A program made the translations under genes and the position numbers. A stretch of DNA of 54,748 nucleotides, filler included, from Sphacelaria rigidula (Eukaryota), in the NCBI GenBank assembly GCA_964200075.2. It is 3 parts of 3 records of this genome, joined end to end, with 100 filler letters (N's around TTAATTAATTAA, not from the genome) between each part and the next. Parts side by side here need not be neighbours in the genome. Positions count along the whole stretch, not along the records: positions 18,294 to 36,471 come from CAXNAA020000899.1; 2 more parts are not named here. One strand, given 5' to 3'. The notes beneath the pieces were generated by a model, which saw only the letters and a program-made list of their open reading frames with translations, had not been told where the DNA came from and searched no databases. Positions 24,005-36,571 of this stretch are shown one piece after another (position 1 is the first letter of the stretch; every line of letters begins with the position of its first letter).

Positions 24005-25310
24005 TGTCAGATGACGCCGAAACTCGGAGGATGTGTAGATTGGTGGTAGAGGAAGGTGACACAGTCACAGCTGCGGTAGGCGAAGTCGCTCATGGCCCGG
24101 TCTCCATCGATGCGGTGGATAATCACCACGCGCCGATTTCTGTTTTTTCAACACCCTGCTGTCTGATGACGATTATAGTGGGTACAGAGTCAGTTGAGCA
24201 CGCTGACTGTGCATGAATCCTGGCGGCCTCATCATCAATCTTCGCCCAGTTATGGATTAACGCTCGAAGAAACCCAGCAAACAAGCATCGTTCATGGTCC
24301 GCTATATATACGAGGGTTGGGAGGTGAACGTTTCCGCTCCAAAACGGTCGACAGTCGAAGGTTAAGCTCCTGTCGCGCGACCAGTGGGTAGCGCGACGGG
24401 CCATTGCCGCCGTACCTGGTACTGGAGGCGACATCCCGATACAGACAGCCCCACCATTCCCATGGTGGCCGTGCAAACAGACTGGCAGGCAGAGTGGAGG
24501 TTGCACTGATATTCTTCCAGCCTTATCAACTGAGATTATCTTCGCATTGGCTTTGCGCGTGAATATTTCGGTGATTGCCTCACTTCCACTTCAGCCATAT
24601 TTTGGCGACAAGCCACGGTCTCACTGCCCAACTTTATATGTGAAAATGTACAACGATGGACGAGCTATTTCTGTTCAGTTTTGAAAAAAGTGTACTGCGC
24701 ACAGTACTGAAATCTGTTGTCGACTGCCGAAGGCAGCACGGCGTCGAATGCGCGCAGTATACTGTGAGACGATCCAGAAATCCTCACGCCGTGAAAGGTA
24801 ACAGCAAGCTTTCGCGCCATAGCGCCTGTGTCCACAGCGACCTTCGCCCAACATACGGGCATTGATTACAGGAGCGGATAGCAGAGGAGGCGGATTTCAC
24901 TCACAGCATCGAGCACGTTGTACCGATACAGGCCTCACTGCTGCGGGTGGTGCGCATTAAAACACAGGCGGTAAGCAGCATATGATATGCTGTACTGACT
25001 GTACTGTTTCATATGTGTTCGGACCAGTGCGCATGGGGTGGGGCCCGCAAGTACATAACCCTCCACGAACTTCGTCGTGTACTATCGTCGTGGTATGATT
25101 TTTCAGCAGAAATCGCTTGCGATCTATGCCGTTACATAACTCGTAAGTGATACAGCTTCCTCCACATACGCAATCCGCCCGTGAGGCGAGCTCTTGATGC
25201 TGGAAGTGCCCACCCCTCTTTCCGTGATGATGTCCAGTCTTGGGCCCAGACAAATGAAACCTCGGAATATGACAGTAACTACTAGAAGGTACATATTCTC
25301 CGGCACTCAT
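24005..25310 (+). repeat. Dispersed repeat copy B, in VTI1 intron 1
   Basis: Homologous to 10225-11240. Carries an extra ~250-bp segment at ~24725-24975. Confidence 0.85.
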
Positions 25311-25964
25311 GCCTCCATATTACCGAAAAGGAAAAACACTGAGAAGTACCGCATCTCGCCCCTCGCTAAACACCACCGCATTTCTCCTCTGATCGCTCGG
25401 TAGTTGAATAATTTAGCGGTGATCGATCAGGTTCAGACGAGCCCGTAAAGTTATATATTCTGGCGGGGGGCGCTCACTCGCCCGTCCACCATCGACAACT
25501 ATTTATACAGTAAATGCACGTTTCCGATCTATGCCTGTGTCGCGCTCAACGTTTCATCATGTTCTTTCATCACCCCATGCAAGAAGATGTGGTGGGGTGA
25601 ACGGACTCTGCACGGGAAGGTGCAAGCGTACCGTAGTTTAGGGCGATGGGACATCAATATGCGCAACGCATAAACTTGTTTCGATTATACCTTCCACAAC
25701 GCTTGAATGATCGATATGCAACTCGTGAAGCGTACTCTTCCATGTTGAAACCAGAGCAATTTGGTGCCTCGCTTCCGTAGGGTTCATGGATAAGAGGTTT
25801 CATGCCCAAAATAGTGAGATCCCAGTATTTTCTTGGTATAGTAATTTTTTTACTCGGCTGTCAAGTTCGTGCGTTGATGAAAGCCCTGCGCGCAGGGCAG
25901 GTGTGGGGGGAGGGGGGGGGGCTTACCCATTCGTTGCTTGCTTCAGTGTTTTTTTCTGCTTGCC

Positions 25965-26066
25965 TGTGACCACGGAAGGCGTCCGCATCAGATGCCCAGT
26001 ACGAATGTACCGCGCAGATATCGGAACGGTTTTTAATGTGAAGACAACAGCAACAACAACAACAAC
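25965..26066 (+). mobile_element. Short (CAA)n-tailed retroposon copy
   Basis: gaccacggaaggcgtccgcatcagatgcccagtacg...cgcagatatcggaac is also at 8704-8765 and 26288-26350. Confidence 0.75.
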
Positions 26067-26354
26067 TTGGTCGTCTGACCATTGACCACGCATCCATTTC
26101 GAGACGGAGCACCTAGGGCAGGTGTAGGGGTGTACTCATGATCATGCATACCATAGTCATAAGACCATTAGGGCAGGTGTGTGTGTGGGGGGGGCATATT
26201 GTTTTTTTGTATCGCGTATGTGTGGTTTTCCTGGGTTCAATTTTACTTCTCGGTTTTTTCACACCTTATTTGGGTAGTTAGCCGGCGACCACGGAAGGCG
26301 TCCGCATCTGATGTCGAATACAGAGTACTGCGCAGATATCGGAACGGTTTTTAA

Positions 26355-26936
26355 CCCTTTTGGAACCCTCCCCTCCTGTCCCCGGGCCAAACGCCTCATT
26401 ATGAGAAGCCCTGGCAAAGAGGAAAACATGGAAACAGAAAAGGCCGACGGTAACCATTTTTACAATCGAAAACCGAAGAAGGATCCATTAGCACACGCGG
26501 CGGGTGCAAGAAAGGTGTCCTCCCTGAAGGGTCGGGTGAGGTTTGTCTAATCATACCACGCAACGGATGAAGTGTGTCAAATTGTATCCATCGACAATAA
26601 TTCGCAAAAACACTGTGAAACATTACGTTAAAAAAACAGCAATGGGTTCCCGGGTCTGGTACGGCACATCGGCAAATAGGAAACCTTCTTTTGTTCCATT
26701 TGTCACTCGCACGGGTCTGAAAAATACGCATTGGGCGAATATTGTTGCGTCTGGGCTTTGAACCATGAACATGTTGTCTTTCCCTTGTCCCAAATATAAT
26801 TTTTAATCCCAACTAACCAACCAACCATCCAACCATCCGTCCTTAAATAGGCTTCAATTCATTGATTTATAATATGGTCTTGTTGAAAAACCGTCAATTG
26901 CAAATTATCATTTTTCCACTGTGAGTTCCAAAAGGG
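26355..26936. mobile_element. piggyBac-like non-autonomous element (582 bp)
   Basis: TTAA|CCCTTTTGGAAC...GTTCCAAAAGGG|TTAA: perfect 12-bp TIR and TTAA duplication. An empty-site paralog lies at 26011-26045. Confidence 0.92.
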
Positions 26937-27799
26937 TTAATGTGAAGACGACACCATCACCATCACCATCAAGTAGATGGGCAGCGATCTTTTTCCTACA
27001 GCTTTCTGCTTTTTACGATTGGGTATGAGCGTTGTTTCTGCGCAAGACCTGGTCCATCGAAGCCATGCGGCAGAGGCCGACCATTGCTACTTTTGTTCTT
27101 CTTTATTCTCTTCTACTTTGTCTGTTCTGCCTTTTTCTGTTTGTTTTTCCTCCACTTTTTTTCAGCGAGTGTTTCAGTTTTTGTTGAGTCTCGGGTACGT
27201 CTGTCATGTGAATATAGACCACGGCTGGATTATGATTTCGGGGGCCTGTTGAAGTGCGACGATCATTCAACCCCCTTAACCGCGAGGGTTCTCCATCTCG
27301 ACCATGCACCCTTATTTCGAGTGAAATTGAAGCCGATTCAATATACTGTATGACCCAAGCTCGCCGTCAAAAGGTTCGATTGACCGTCATTTTCCACCCA
27401 TGGTCGAACACAACGAGGCCTGAAACTCGCGCTGAGGGCGTGTCTTGACGAAGAATCAAAACCGATTTACGATCGTGGATTATTAACGTTGGAATTGGGT
27501 CCGGCATCGGCAGCGATAATGCGTCTGAGAGGTGCAGTAGTAGACTTCGACCCATGACCAACAACTGTCAAACCACGGCCGATCAAAGGGCTTTAAACGC
27601 CGACCAACTAGTGACCAAGTAAGTTGTAGCTTCTGATTGATAACCCTCACGATACCTTTCACTTGAGATGTCTTCTTTTGTTTTCGATACGTGAACCAAT
27701 CAGGCGGCAATGACTCTTATCGCAAAAAGTACACCGCACTATGAGCTTGGCCAACGAAGACACCCACATTTCTTCGGCACACTACAACTGTTTTAGTTT

Positions 27800-28019
27800 C
27801 CCGAATCAGCCCGGCGTAAGTATATCGCTATTAAATGTAGACCAACCTACTCATGACACGTCATGTCGCCGGAGGGGGAAAAATGCATTGCAGAAGAAAT
27901 GTCCTCAACGACGGAACTAGATTTTGTCAAGAAAGAAACACCGGCCGGGATTCGAACTCGTGACCTTACGTCCTGGCTGAAAGTCTCCGGGACCAATTGA
28001 ACCACCGGATGCAGCGGTC
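27800..28019 (-). mobile_element. tRNA-derived SINE-like repeat, family 2
   Basis: Minus-strand head has A-box-like GGTGGTTCAATTGG and B-box GAGTTCGAATCC, followed by a non-tRNA body shared with 12195-12378. Confidence 0.7.
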
Positions 28020-30936
28020 TCGAACGAAAAGTGGGAATCCCCACCTAATTTCACAAAATTTGAGTCGGATTTTCACGAGATCCTGTCACACCCAACTTGA
28101 ATTTTCTTTTTCACAGAAGTTCTCGGAGCATTTTTTTTTCTCATTGAAGTATACTTTTCCCCCCACAAATTTCTAATAGCTCCAGCTTTTTTTCTTTCAG
28201 TACAGTGCACCATTTGAGAGGGTGCTATGGTTGATTTTCAGTTCGACTTGATTTCATTGTGGACAGCGAAATGCGGATCTTTTACGGGGCTGTGCTACAA
28301 GCTTGCTCCTAGCGTGCGTGGAACGCGTTCTTGTCGGAATCTGCGCCCCAGGCGCCGGTTTCGACAAGAACGCACACGTTGCCTTAGGGACACTTTGCAC
28401 CCCCTTGCCCGAGGGCTCTAGGTGTGCCTTCGTTTGTGTTGAGGTTAGGATTAGTGTCACAGTTTGTTCGAAATTATAAATTTCCACGAAGTTTCTCACC
28501 CTCCCAAGTGGTGAACTAACCTTGTTGTGTCTTCTTCATTGTAAAATTCCGCTACCTTCCATGCACTGTATTGATGATTTAAATGTCGTGTCGAAATTAC
28601 AACTTTTAACTAATTCTTGAAATTTAGCAGGACAAGAACTGTTGAGCCGTCAAAAGGATTTCTCGACTGGTCGAGCTGACAATGATGCCACAGCTGCACC
28701 CTTGGGGGCGGAAAGACTATTCAACTATTTGCACACGTCACTGGTGCTCGCCCGAAAAATGCGTTCTATCGAAGCACTTCGTATTCCAGTGGAATCGACA
28801 CCCTGAACAAAAAATAGATTGCGTTGTCGAAAAGTGTACTGCGTACAGTATGAAATCTATTGTCTACCGCAGTTGACGAAATCGTCAACACTGTATGCAG
28901 TTAACTTTTTTACTGCGATCTATTGTCCAGGATGTGGTGGATTCATACTCTCCGTGTAAGTGTACTGCCCTGCACACGGTGGCACGAGTGCAAACGCGTT
29001 TTTGGGCACCTGAAACAAGGGCGATGCGTTCCCTTCAGCCTGAGCAATCGTAAAGTGCGTGGGGTATGTACGAGAAGTTGGTGTCGTGCGGAACGTGCCT
29101 TAAATTCGCCACAGCCTGTACATGTGCAGGAAGCAGCCACTCTACAAACTAGCGAATGTCGTAGCGTGAAAGGATTCTCCGATACCTTGAGCTCCGATTG
29201 CGTCGGTCTGCTGGTCCAACAGCATAAAATAGGGTTCAACCTCTGCGATAGCAACGGTACTATCACGAGACAACATGAGTCCATGTGACTTGAAGCGGGC
29301 GAGGGATTCAATGATTGATCGTCGCACTTTAACTGACCCCCCAGGTAGTCATGATCCAGCCGTGGTCACATGATGGACGTACCCAGGAAAAACCAAACTG
29401 AAACACTCGCTGAAGGAAAAAGATGAAAAGTCGAACAGAACGACGGAGTAGACTAGGACTTGAAAAATAATAGCGGTATGTGTGTATATATCAAACAGTA
29501 CCGTAGCGGACGCGAGCAAAATGCGGCATTGTGACAAGCGAAAATACCCGCCTTACTCGTTTGATGTGAAGACAACAACAGCAACAGCGACAACTAGTGA
29601 TTCTACCTTCGTACGGACTGAGGTGGTCACTCGCATCAGTGCGGACGAGTGAACGCCTCAACCCGTACGAAGGCGGGAAACCACCTTGATGCGGGTTATT
29701 GAGCCACATGCGAATGGTAGTGATGGTGAAATCGGACACATGAGAACCAAGTGTGATGGCGTAAGCAGAGCCCACCCCGTCCGCGAGGTTTCTATCGCTT
29801 AGCGCCAGCCATCAAATGGCAATGGTGGTTGCTGTAGGTGTCTTAACCCTTCACTAGTTCTGTGCAGTAGCACATATATTTTTCGGTTTTTTTTTTTTTT
29901 CTTCGGGTCAGCAGCGCGTACTGGTGTATGTTCTTTACCCTGATCTTCTGGAGTTTCATGTACTATATGCCTAGGCGCCACCATTGGTTTATGAGTGTTT
30001 TTGTACATGGACTACGACTGGAAGTCGAGCGCATGGTGAACAGTATCGTCATACTCTACATGACGCTTCACTGCGACTACGACCTGCAGCTCATGAACTG
30101 CGTACCAACGCTTCGAGGTGCAGCGAAACAGTTTTCTCACACCAAGAACTTACGATGTTTCACGGAGTAAGATGTTACTCGGGAGGGCAAGGGCTGATAT
30201 GGCGTCGTCGCCCAAATGCAATGGCGTGCCACGCCGTGCGGGTTCACCACTACAAAGCACTGCCTTGGTGGATGATGACGGGCAATAGCAAGTACCGCCT
30301 CAACGACCGCAGGAAAGTTGTGACAAGCCGAGGACATCCGCCTCAGTTTCATTCAGCCTACACGGGTGCGCGGATACTTCGTACGCAGTCTAATAATGAG
30401 TGATAACGTGCAATTGCCCATATATCTTCCAATTTGGCATGAGATCATGATCATTCCGTTAGCCACTCGATTCAGGTGGTATCAAATTTTGGCGGAAAAT
30501 ACCTTGCAATCCATAGGGCACACGAAGCACTGTGACGACCGTGGCTTACTCTGCGAGTCAAGCAGTAGCTCGAAACACTCCCGGACGGACTGTCGCAGGG
30601 GGCGGTTTATACGGCAATGGCCACAACTTCCTGTCGTTTTCGACGCTCATTATCCCGTGCTCCCCCGGATTTCAACCCCAGCATCGTCTCCTTTCAAACC
30701 AGCACACACGGATCGTTTCCAATATCGCTTGACTTCACTAGATGCTATCTCTTCATTTCTTGGAACATAGGTCAGGGGCGTAGATCTGGTCCCGAACTCT
30801 CGGACGCACGTTCCACATGTACGGAGGCGTCTATCGAGACAAGAAAGTATCCGAAGAACGTGCCCAGGCGCGCCACTGGTGTTTGCTCAGCAAATTTTCC
30901 CCTCCTGCCGTGTATCGACCGCGTTTCCGATTTTAG

Positions 30937-31053
30937 GTAAAGGGTATGGAGATAGAAGTCCGATCTATGAAAGGCAATGACAGGCGACAGTGCCAGAGCC
31001 GAGCGAATCAGTGCCGCGCCGACTTGAGGTCGCTCAGGAGAAGCCTCGAACAG
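30937..31053 (+). CDS. VTI1: VTI1-type Qb v-SNARE, exon 2
   Basis: ttttag|VKGMEIEVRSMKGNDRRQCQSRANQCRADLRSLRRSLEQ|gtgaga. Contains the VTI1 'MELEVR' motif. Phase 0/0. Confidence 0.88.
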
Positions 31054-31226
31054 GTGAGACCCAGCCTTTTCATATGGTCCTATTTCTTAGCTTGCCGTGC
31101 GGTGCATTGTGGTACCGTAACGGCCAACGGAAAAGAAGATACTCCGACTAGACGCCATGCCTTTTTGTGGAGGTGGCGTTAGACGGTATTTTTCAAGAGC
31201 GAAATTCAAAAGCCGGCACGTCATCA

Positions 31227-33113
31227 CCTATTTCAGCCCAAACGTGGGTACAGATAACAGGGTAAGTTGGAGCTGTCCGTGCTAAGCCCAAACCACTCAA
31301 AAATCGATCCCGACGCAAAGGCAAGGCACCCACAGCCCACGCAGAGCATGTACACCAAAAGAGCGAGATTTAGGGCCGATCAACACCGCGGGAAACAAGG
31401 GCCCCGCAGAGTACCCTGTTCTTCCCGACAATGGGGTAGGTGCACCCACCAAAAATTAATGCTTATCTTGTACCTTCTTGTGTCTTACGGCGTCTACTGA
31501 TCAACATCGGTTTTCCACCGCCGCCGTCTTACCCACCGCACGGCACAAAATCGAATGGCCGAAGAGCATCTCCAGCCCTTCTTTTTACCTCTTTCTACGG
31601 CCTGGAGATGCAAGAGCCCACGGTTCTCTTTACCTCATTCTATGGCATGGAGACTCGAGACACCACGCTTCTCTGTACCTCTTTTTACGGCCTGGACACT
31701 CGAGACCCCTCCGGAGTGATTGACACACACCGCACGATCGTTGGCAAACGGCACAACAAGCCGGGAAATACTGAAGGGATTGGAATAAAACGGCTGAAAC
31801 CCTCCGTTTCCCAGCCATTGCTTTGGCGCACAGCGCAACCATGTCGAGACAACTTGCCCTACAAGGCAACGGCAATGAGGCGAACGCTGCCACACCGCCT
31901 GCGGCAGTAACGGCGAGAAATATGCACACCCTGGACTGTACATGGTCAATGTATAGTCGCAGTAGACAAAACAATATACTGCGTAGAGTATAGGCCCATT
32001 GTAGCTATTGTCGGCCAGACAATGCTGCAATAGGCCTATACTCCACCCAGCATATTTTTTGTCTACTGCAGCGGTTGACCATGTATTGTCCACGGTGTCC
32101 AACATTGCGGTTGGAGATGTCTTCGAGAACACGCAAGAGTTAAAGACTATCCTGACACTACTCAGATATTGTCTCGTGTTTCCTCCGTAGGACCCGAAGT
32201 GTTTGTTGCTCGTTGATGGGGATCAAGATCTCTTCCTGCCTCTTTTTTCACTTCTTATACCGCCTCGATAAGTCATGGTCGTTCATATGTCGAAAAAAAG
32301 AGGTACCTTCAAACGAATAAAAGCGCATTGTTGTTGCGCTTCAGAGTTGGATCACCTCCAAACCCCCCGATACTACAGTTACTTCGTGCAGTAACTCTGG
32401 CTGTTCGCTTGTTTTCTCGTCGCCCCAAGGTCCATAACCGCTTCATGTGTTATAACCCACCATTACAATGTGTACTCTACTGCTACAACATTTGTTTTGT
32501 ACACTGCCAGTGCCCTGTAGGGCAAGTTGTCTCGACATGGCTGTGCCGTGCGCCAAAGCGATGACAGCGACGGAGGGTCTCAGTCGTTATATTTCACACC
32601 CTTCTGTATTTCTCAGCTTATTGTGCTGTTTGCAAACGGTCGTGCGGTGTGCCAGTCATTCCGCAGGGGTCTCGCGGATCCAGGCCGTAGAAAGAGGTAC
32701 AAAGAAGCGTGGGGTCTCGGGTCTCCAGGCCGTAGAAAGTGAAGAGAATGGTTGGAGATGTTCTCCGGCCATTCGATTTCGTGCCATCCGGTGTGTTGGA
32801 CGGCGGCTGTTGAAGACCGATATTAATCAAATAGAGGTACACTTCGAACATGCTATGATGCAGCGTAAGACACAATGAGGTACGAGATAAACATTATTGT
32901 CGGATAGAACGGGGTACTCTGCGAGGCCCGTGTGTCCCGCGGTACTGTTCGGCCCTAAATTGCGCTCTTTTTCCGCGAAAGTTGGTGTACATGCTCTGCA
33001 TGTGCTGTGGGCGCCTTACCTATGTGTCGGGATCGAGTTTTGAGTGGTATGGGCCTAGCACGGACATCTCCAACTTGCGGGGTTACCGATACCTACGTTT
33101 AGGCTGAAATAGG
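31227..33113. repeat. Large inverted repeat (~600-650-bp arms: 31227-31875 / 32505-33113) in VTI1 intron 2
   Basis: cctatttcagcccaaacgt pairs with acgtttaggctgaaatagg, and catgtcgagacaacttgccctaca pairs with tgtagggcaagttgtctcgacatg. Colinear between these anchors. Confidence 0.92.
31926..32098. mobile_element. Palindromic MITE (same family as 20426-20593)
   Basis: ACACCCTGGAC...GTCCACGGTGT with an internal hairpin centred on attgtcggccagacaat. Confidence 0.8.
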
Positions 33114-33588
33114 CGGTGGTGCATCCACTTCTGTCTTTTTCTCTTTTGAGTATTCACGTCTCTTGCGAAAGAGCTTTACTCTGTAGCAACCACTGCTTGT
33201 TTTCGTCGTTCTCATCACCTTGGGTTTAGGACTGCGGTATGCTGAACATCTTCTCTACAGTATGCTGTAGTGTCGAATTCCACGTCCCCACGACCTTTTT
33301 TGTCACGGTCACCGTCGTCAGAGGGGGCAATTGTTGTGCCGCCTTCATAACACGTCGGGAGTGTCCACCTCGGGATAAGGGAAGGGATTGTTCCGCTAGA
33401 CTCATGGTGTCGTTTATCATACTCTTACGCGCATGTTGGCATTAAATAGGCGAATGAAGTATTCGAACAATGTTTCGAAGGAGCAAGTTGTTCATCCAAC
33501 GATTCTCGACCCCGATTAACGAACACCCGGCTGCTATACTACTTTTTTTTCGTGGGCTCTATCCTGTGTCGCGTTTTTTCCGGAGCAG

Positions 33589-33698
33589 GCAGCACACAGG
33601 GTTCAGGCTGATGAGTTGATGCGTCGAGAGCGCGAGGGTGTAAATGGGGAGTGGGCTGGCGTTGTCGGGCCAGATCTTGCGCAGCAGAGTCTAGCCAG
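33589..33698 (+). CDS. VTI1: VTI1-type Qb v-SNARE, exon 3
   Basis: Pyrimidine tract then cag|AAHRVQADELMRREREG...QQSLA-AG|gtttgt. Phase 0/2, which is exactly what is needed to join exons 2 and 4 in frame. Confidence 0.78.
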
Positions 33699-34095
33699 GT
33701 TTGTGGCACGTACATGGCGGTAGTTCCAACGTGTTCCCATTAGGCCAGGGCCTCTCGCGGGTCCCGTCGTGACCTTGCCGAAGTTTGCTCGCCGGTATGT
33801 TTTCGAAAGAAGGGAAACGTGGCTGGCGCAACAGGTGCAGCTTCGTCGGCTTCTTTACAACATTGCGAACATGATTCTAACTGGCAGTCGATTCCAACCC
33901 ACGGATCCCGACGTACGCCTCTCGGACTGAACCCATGGAAAATTCCTCGTTTTTCCTGTGGTCATGTTTCTGTTCTATGTGAGGGTGTGTATTTCCCAAG
34001 TTCAAGAAACAGCGGCCACTTCATTTGGACTGGCGACAAAATACTGCCATACCTCCATCCGCTCATTGCGATACCTTTGTGCATCTGCAACACAG

Positions 34096-34375
34096 GAGTC
34101 GCTTGAGTCTTTTGGATTCCCAACGCGTGTTGGAGGAAACGGAAGGCATAGGTCAGGGTGTGGTGGGAGACCTGGAATCTCAGCGGGAGTCCCTGCTGCG
34201 ATCGCAGGCGCACGTCCGCGACACGGGGCGCGTGTCCGACAAGGCACGACGGTTACTTCGATCCATCGCGCGGAAGGAATTTCGGCACCGTTTGATGTTG
34301 TATCTGATAATTTTGGGGCTGAGCACGGCCATCGTTTTCGTTTTGTACTTCAAAATTCGACGTCGGTTCAAGTAA
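34096..34375 (+). CDS. VTI1: VTI1-type Qb v-SNARE, exon 4 (SNARE motif plus C-terminal TM anchor)
   Basis: cacag|G-SRLSLLDSQRVLEETEGIGQGVVGDLESQRESLLRS...ARRLLRSI with zero-layer Q in QRE, then TM LMLYLIILGLSTAIVFVLYF and TAA. The spliced product is 222 aa. Confidence 0.92.
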
Positions 34376-34527
34376 TTCGCATGCTATTCCAACAAAGCGG
34401 TTACACGCGATGAAAACGTGCATGGACAGTAGAGTACGATAGATATGGCGTTGCATATGGTACACACGAGACCATGTGTTTTCTGCGAATGTTCAAGATG
34501 CCTAGATAGGGACAATACGCGCGTTGT

Positions 34528-35809
34528 TTGGCAGGGAATGGAAACTCAGGTGCGCGAGTTTGTCCGATAGTGTCTTCACTGTGCTGACTCGAGGGCGGGT
34601 GATGTTGTTCCCCGGCCGCTCGGTGAAACGGTCCATGGGACCACGCCGAATGAAGTCGTTCATTCTGACTTCTTGTACGTGGGCGAGAGTGGTCCGCTAG
34701 CTTCCAAGAATGCTGGGTTTCGATACATTTCGGTCATCATGGATGATTTGAGCAACTTTGTGGCTCTGGAACCAGTGGCAGTGCGTACTGCCGAATCGAC
34801 CGCTGCATCTCTTTGCTGAATTGGTGCAACACTTTGGGGGTGCTCCGTGTGTGGGTGAGTGATACCGCCACGCATTTCAAGAACACGATCTTGATCCGCT
34901 TGCGGGAGGCATTACTCGTTGATCACCGGTTTGCGGTGGCATGTTCTCCGTGATCCAGCGGTACGTGCGAACGCATGGTGAAGGAAGTAGTCCGTGCTCT
35001 TCGATCTATTTTTCTCGAGCAGCGTCGAGAGGTGACCGAGTGGGTGGACGTGTTGCCCGCAGTGCAGTGGGCGCTGAATACAGCATATCGCCGTCGGTAC
35101 GATAGTACGCCGTATCACGTGATGTTTTGTCGTGCACCTCGGACGTCTTTCTCGGTGCTGGCGTCCTCATCAGCGGGGGAGTGGAACTGTGATGTCTTGG
35201 ACGATGCGCAACTGAAGCGTGCGTTGCAAGGAGATTTGGAGTTGCAGGAAATTTTCCACGTTCACGTGCAGGAGCGTGTTGCCGCTGAACGTGCGCGTAG
35301 ACGCGAGGGGTCTTCGTCGGGGCTCGAATTGCCGAATTTCGAGGTGGGCGATTATGTGTTGTATGCACGCGTGCGTCGCCAGGGAGTTACGCCAAAATTG
35401 ATGGCGACGTGGACTGATCCGCGGAGAGTGGTTGATGCTCATCACCAGCATGTATTTGAGTATCCAAAACATTGTTTCGGGTCGTGTTCAGACCGCCCAT
35501 GTAGCTCGTCTGCGTTTTCATGCAGACTCACAGCTTAATGTGACGGCAGACGTGAAAGATGTGTTTCAAGACGCTTTTAATCAGGGGCAATTTCAGATGG
35601 CTGGGATTGTTCGCGTGGCAGAGGCAGAGGATCGTTCGTTGATGGTGTTGGTCGACTGGGTTGGTTTTGAAGTCGAGGAGCGTACGTGGGAGTGTTTGAA
35701 AAATATTTTTGAGGCCACGCCGGAATTTCTCAAGAAGGAATTGCGTAAGGTGCGAGTGACTCGTTCCATTGCTGCTCGCATTAAGCGTGAGTTTGGTATT
35801 CAGTTGTGA
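34528..35809 (+). mobile_element. Decayed Ty3/Gypsy retrotransposon pol 3' end (integrase plus chromodomain)
   Basis: WQGM..VREFVR*CLHC (zinc-binding half), HSDFLY, VSDTATHF and GTCERM (DDE), WVDVLPAVQWALN, FEVGDYVL, KLMATWTDP (GPY/F-like), and LVDWVGFEVEERTWE (chromodomain). In-frame stops and frameshifts are present. Confidence 0.9.
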
Positions 35810-36471
35810 CGTGCTCAGTCGTTTGGGCGTTATTAGTGTCAAGCTTGTTGCTCGATTCTCGTCCAACGCGCTTTGGATGTGCTGTGACGAAATCACGCCG
35901 TCACGTTGAGTATATAGTGGATTCTAGATGATGACTTGGGATATGAAGTGATAATATGGATGATGACGTGGACACAGCGGTGATACCCTGATGTAGTTTA
36001 TGGAGCGTTATGTGCCTGGTCAACACTTCAGGATAATAAAAGGTGCTGTGAAGGCTAACAACTGAAACCTGAGGCCAGTGGGACTGGGGAGCCCCTCAAC
36101 AGCATTAGACGCTGCGGTACTAGCAACCTGCTGGCGTCACAGGTTGCACTCAAACCACCAAGCGCGAAGCGCCGTGGTGTGTTCGGCGAGTTGCATGAAG
36201 GGTGAGCTGCATCCTGTTAAGATTGTTCGGCCCGCAGCCTACTTGATTATCTTGCATTTGGATGACGGCCAACAATGAGTTGCTTTATTTTATGATATCT
36301 CCACTTCCATAGACAGCCACAGCTTTTACACTGCCTCATGGGTGTCTAAGCGGGGAGGGGGGGGGGGGGGGCACTTAGCCGGTTGTCCCCTAGTTTGCTG
36401 TCGGGGCGTTGGTGGATGTGGCCAGCTGCCGTGTACAGAGACTCTTGGCCTGGAGACCGCGGGGAGGAGGG

Positions 36472-36571
36472 NNNNNNNNNNNNNNNNNNNNNNNNNNNNN
36501 NNNNNNNNNNNNNNNTTAATTAATTAANNNNNNNNNNNNNNNNNNNNNNNNNNNNNNNNNNNNNNNNNNNN
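36472..36571. other. Artificial contig spacer
   Basis: Identical 100-nt N/TTAATTAATTAA/N spacer. Confidence 0.97.

Noticed and set aside
27940..28019. tRNA genes (also near 12360, 20400 and 45670)
   Set aside because: Only A/B-box heads fused to repeated non-tRNA bodies are present. No convincing cloverleaf, so these were called SINEs.
28325..28421. Hairpin plus CTAG as a Helitron 3' end
   Set aside because: A real ~50-nt stem exists (gcgttcttgtcg/cgacaagaacgc). However, CTAG is not followed by T, and no TC 5' end or second copy was found.
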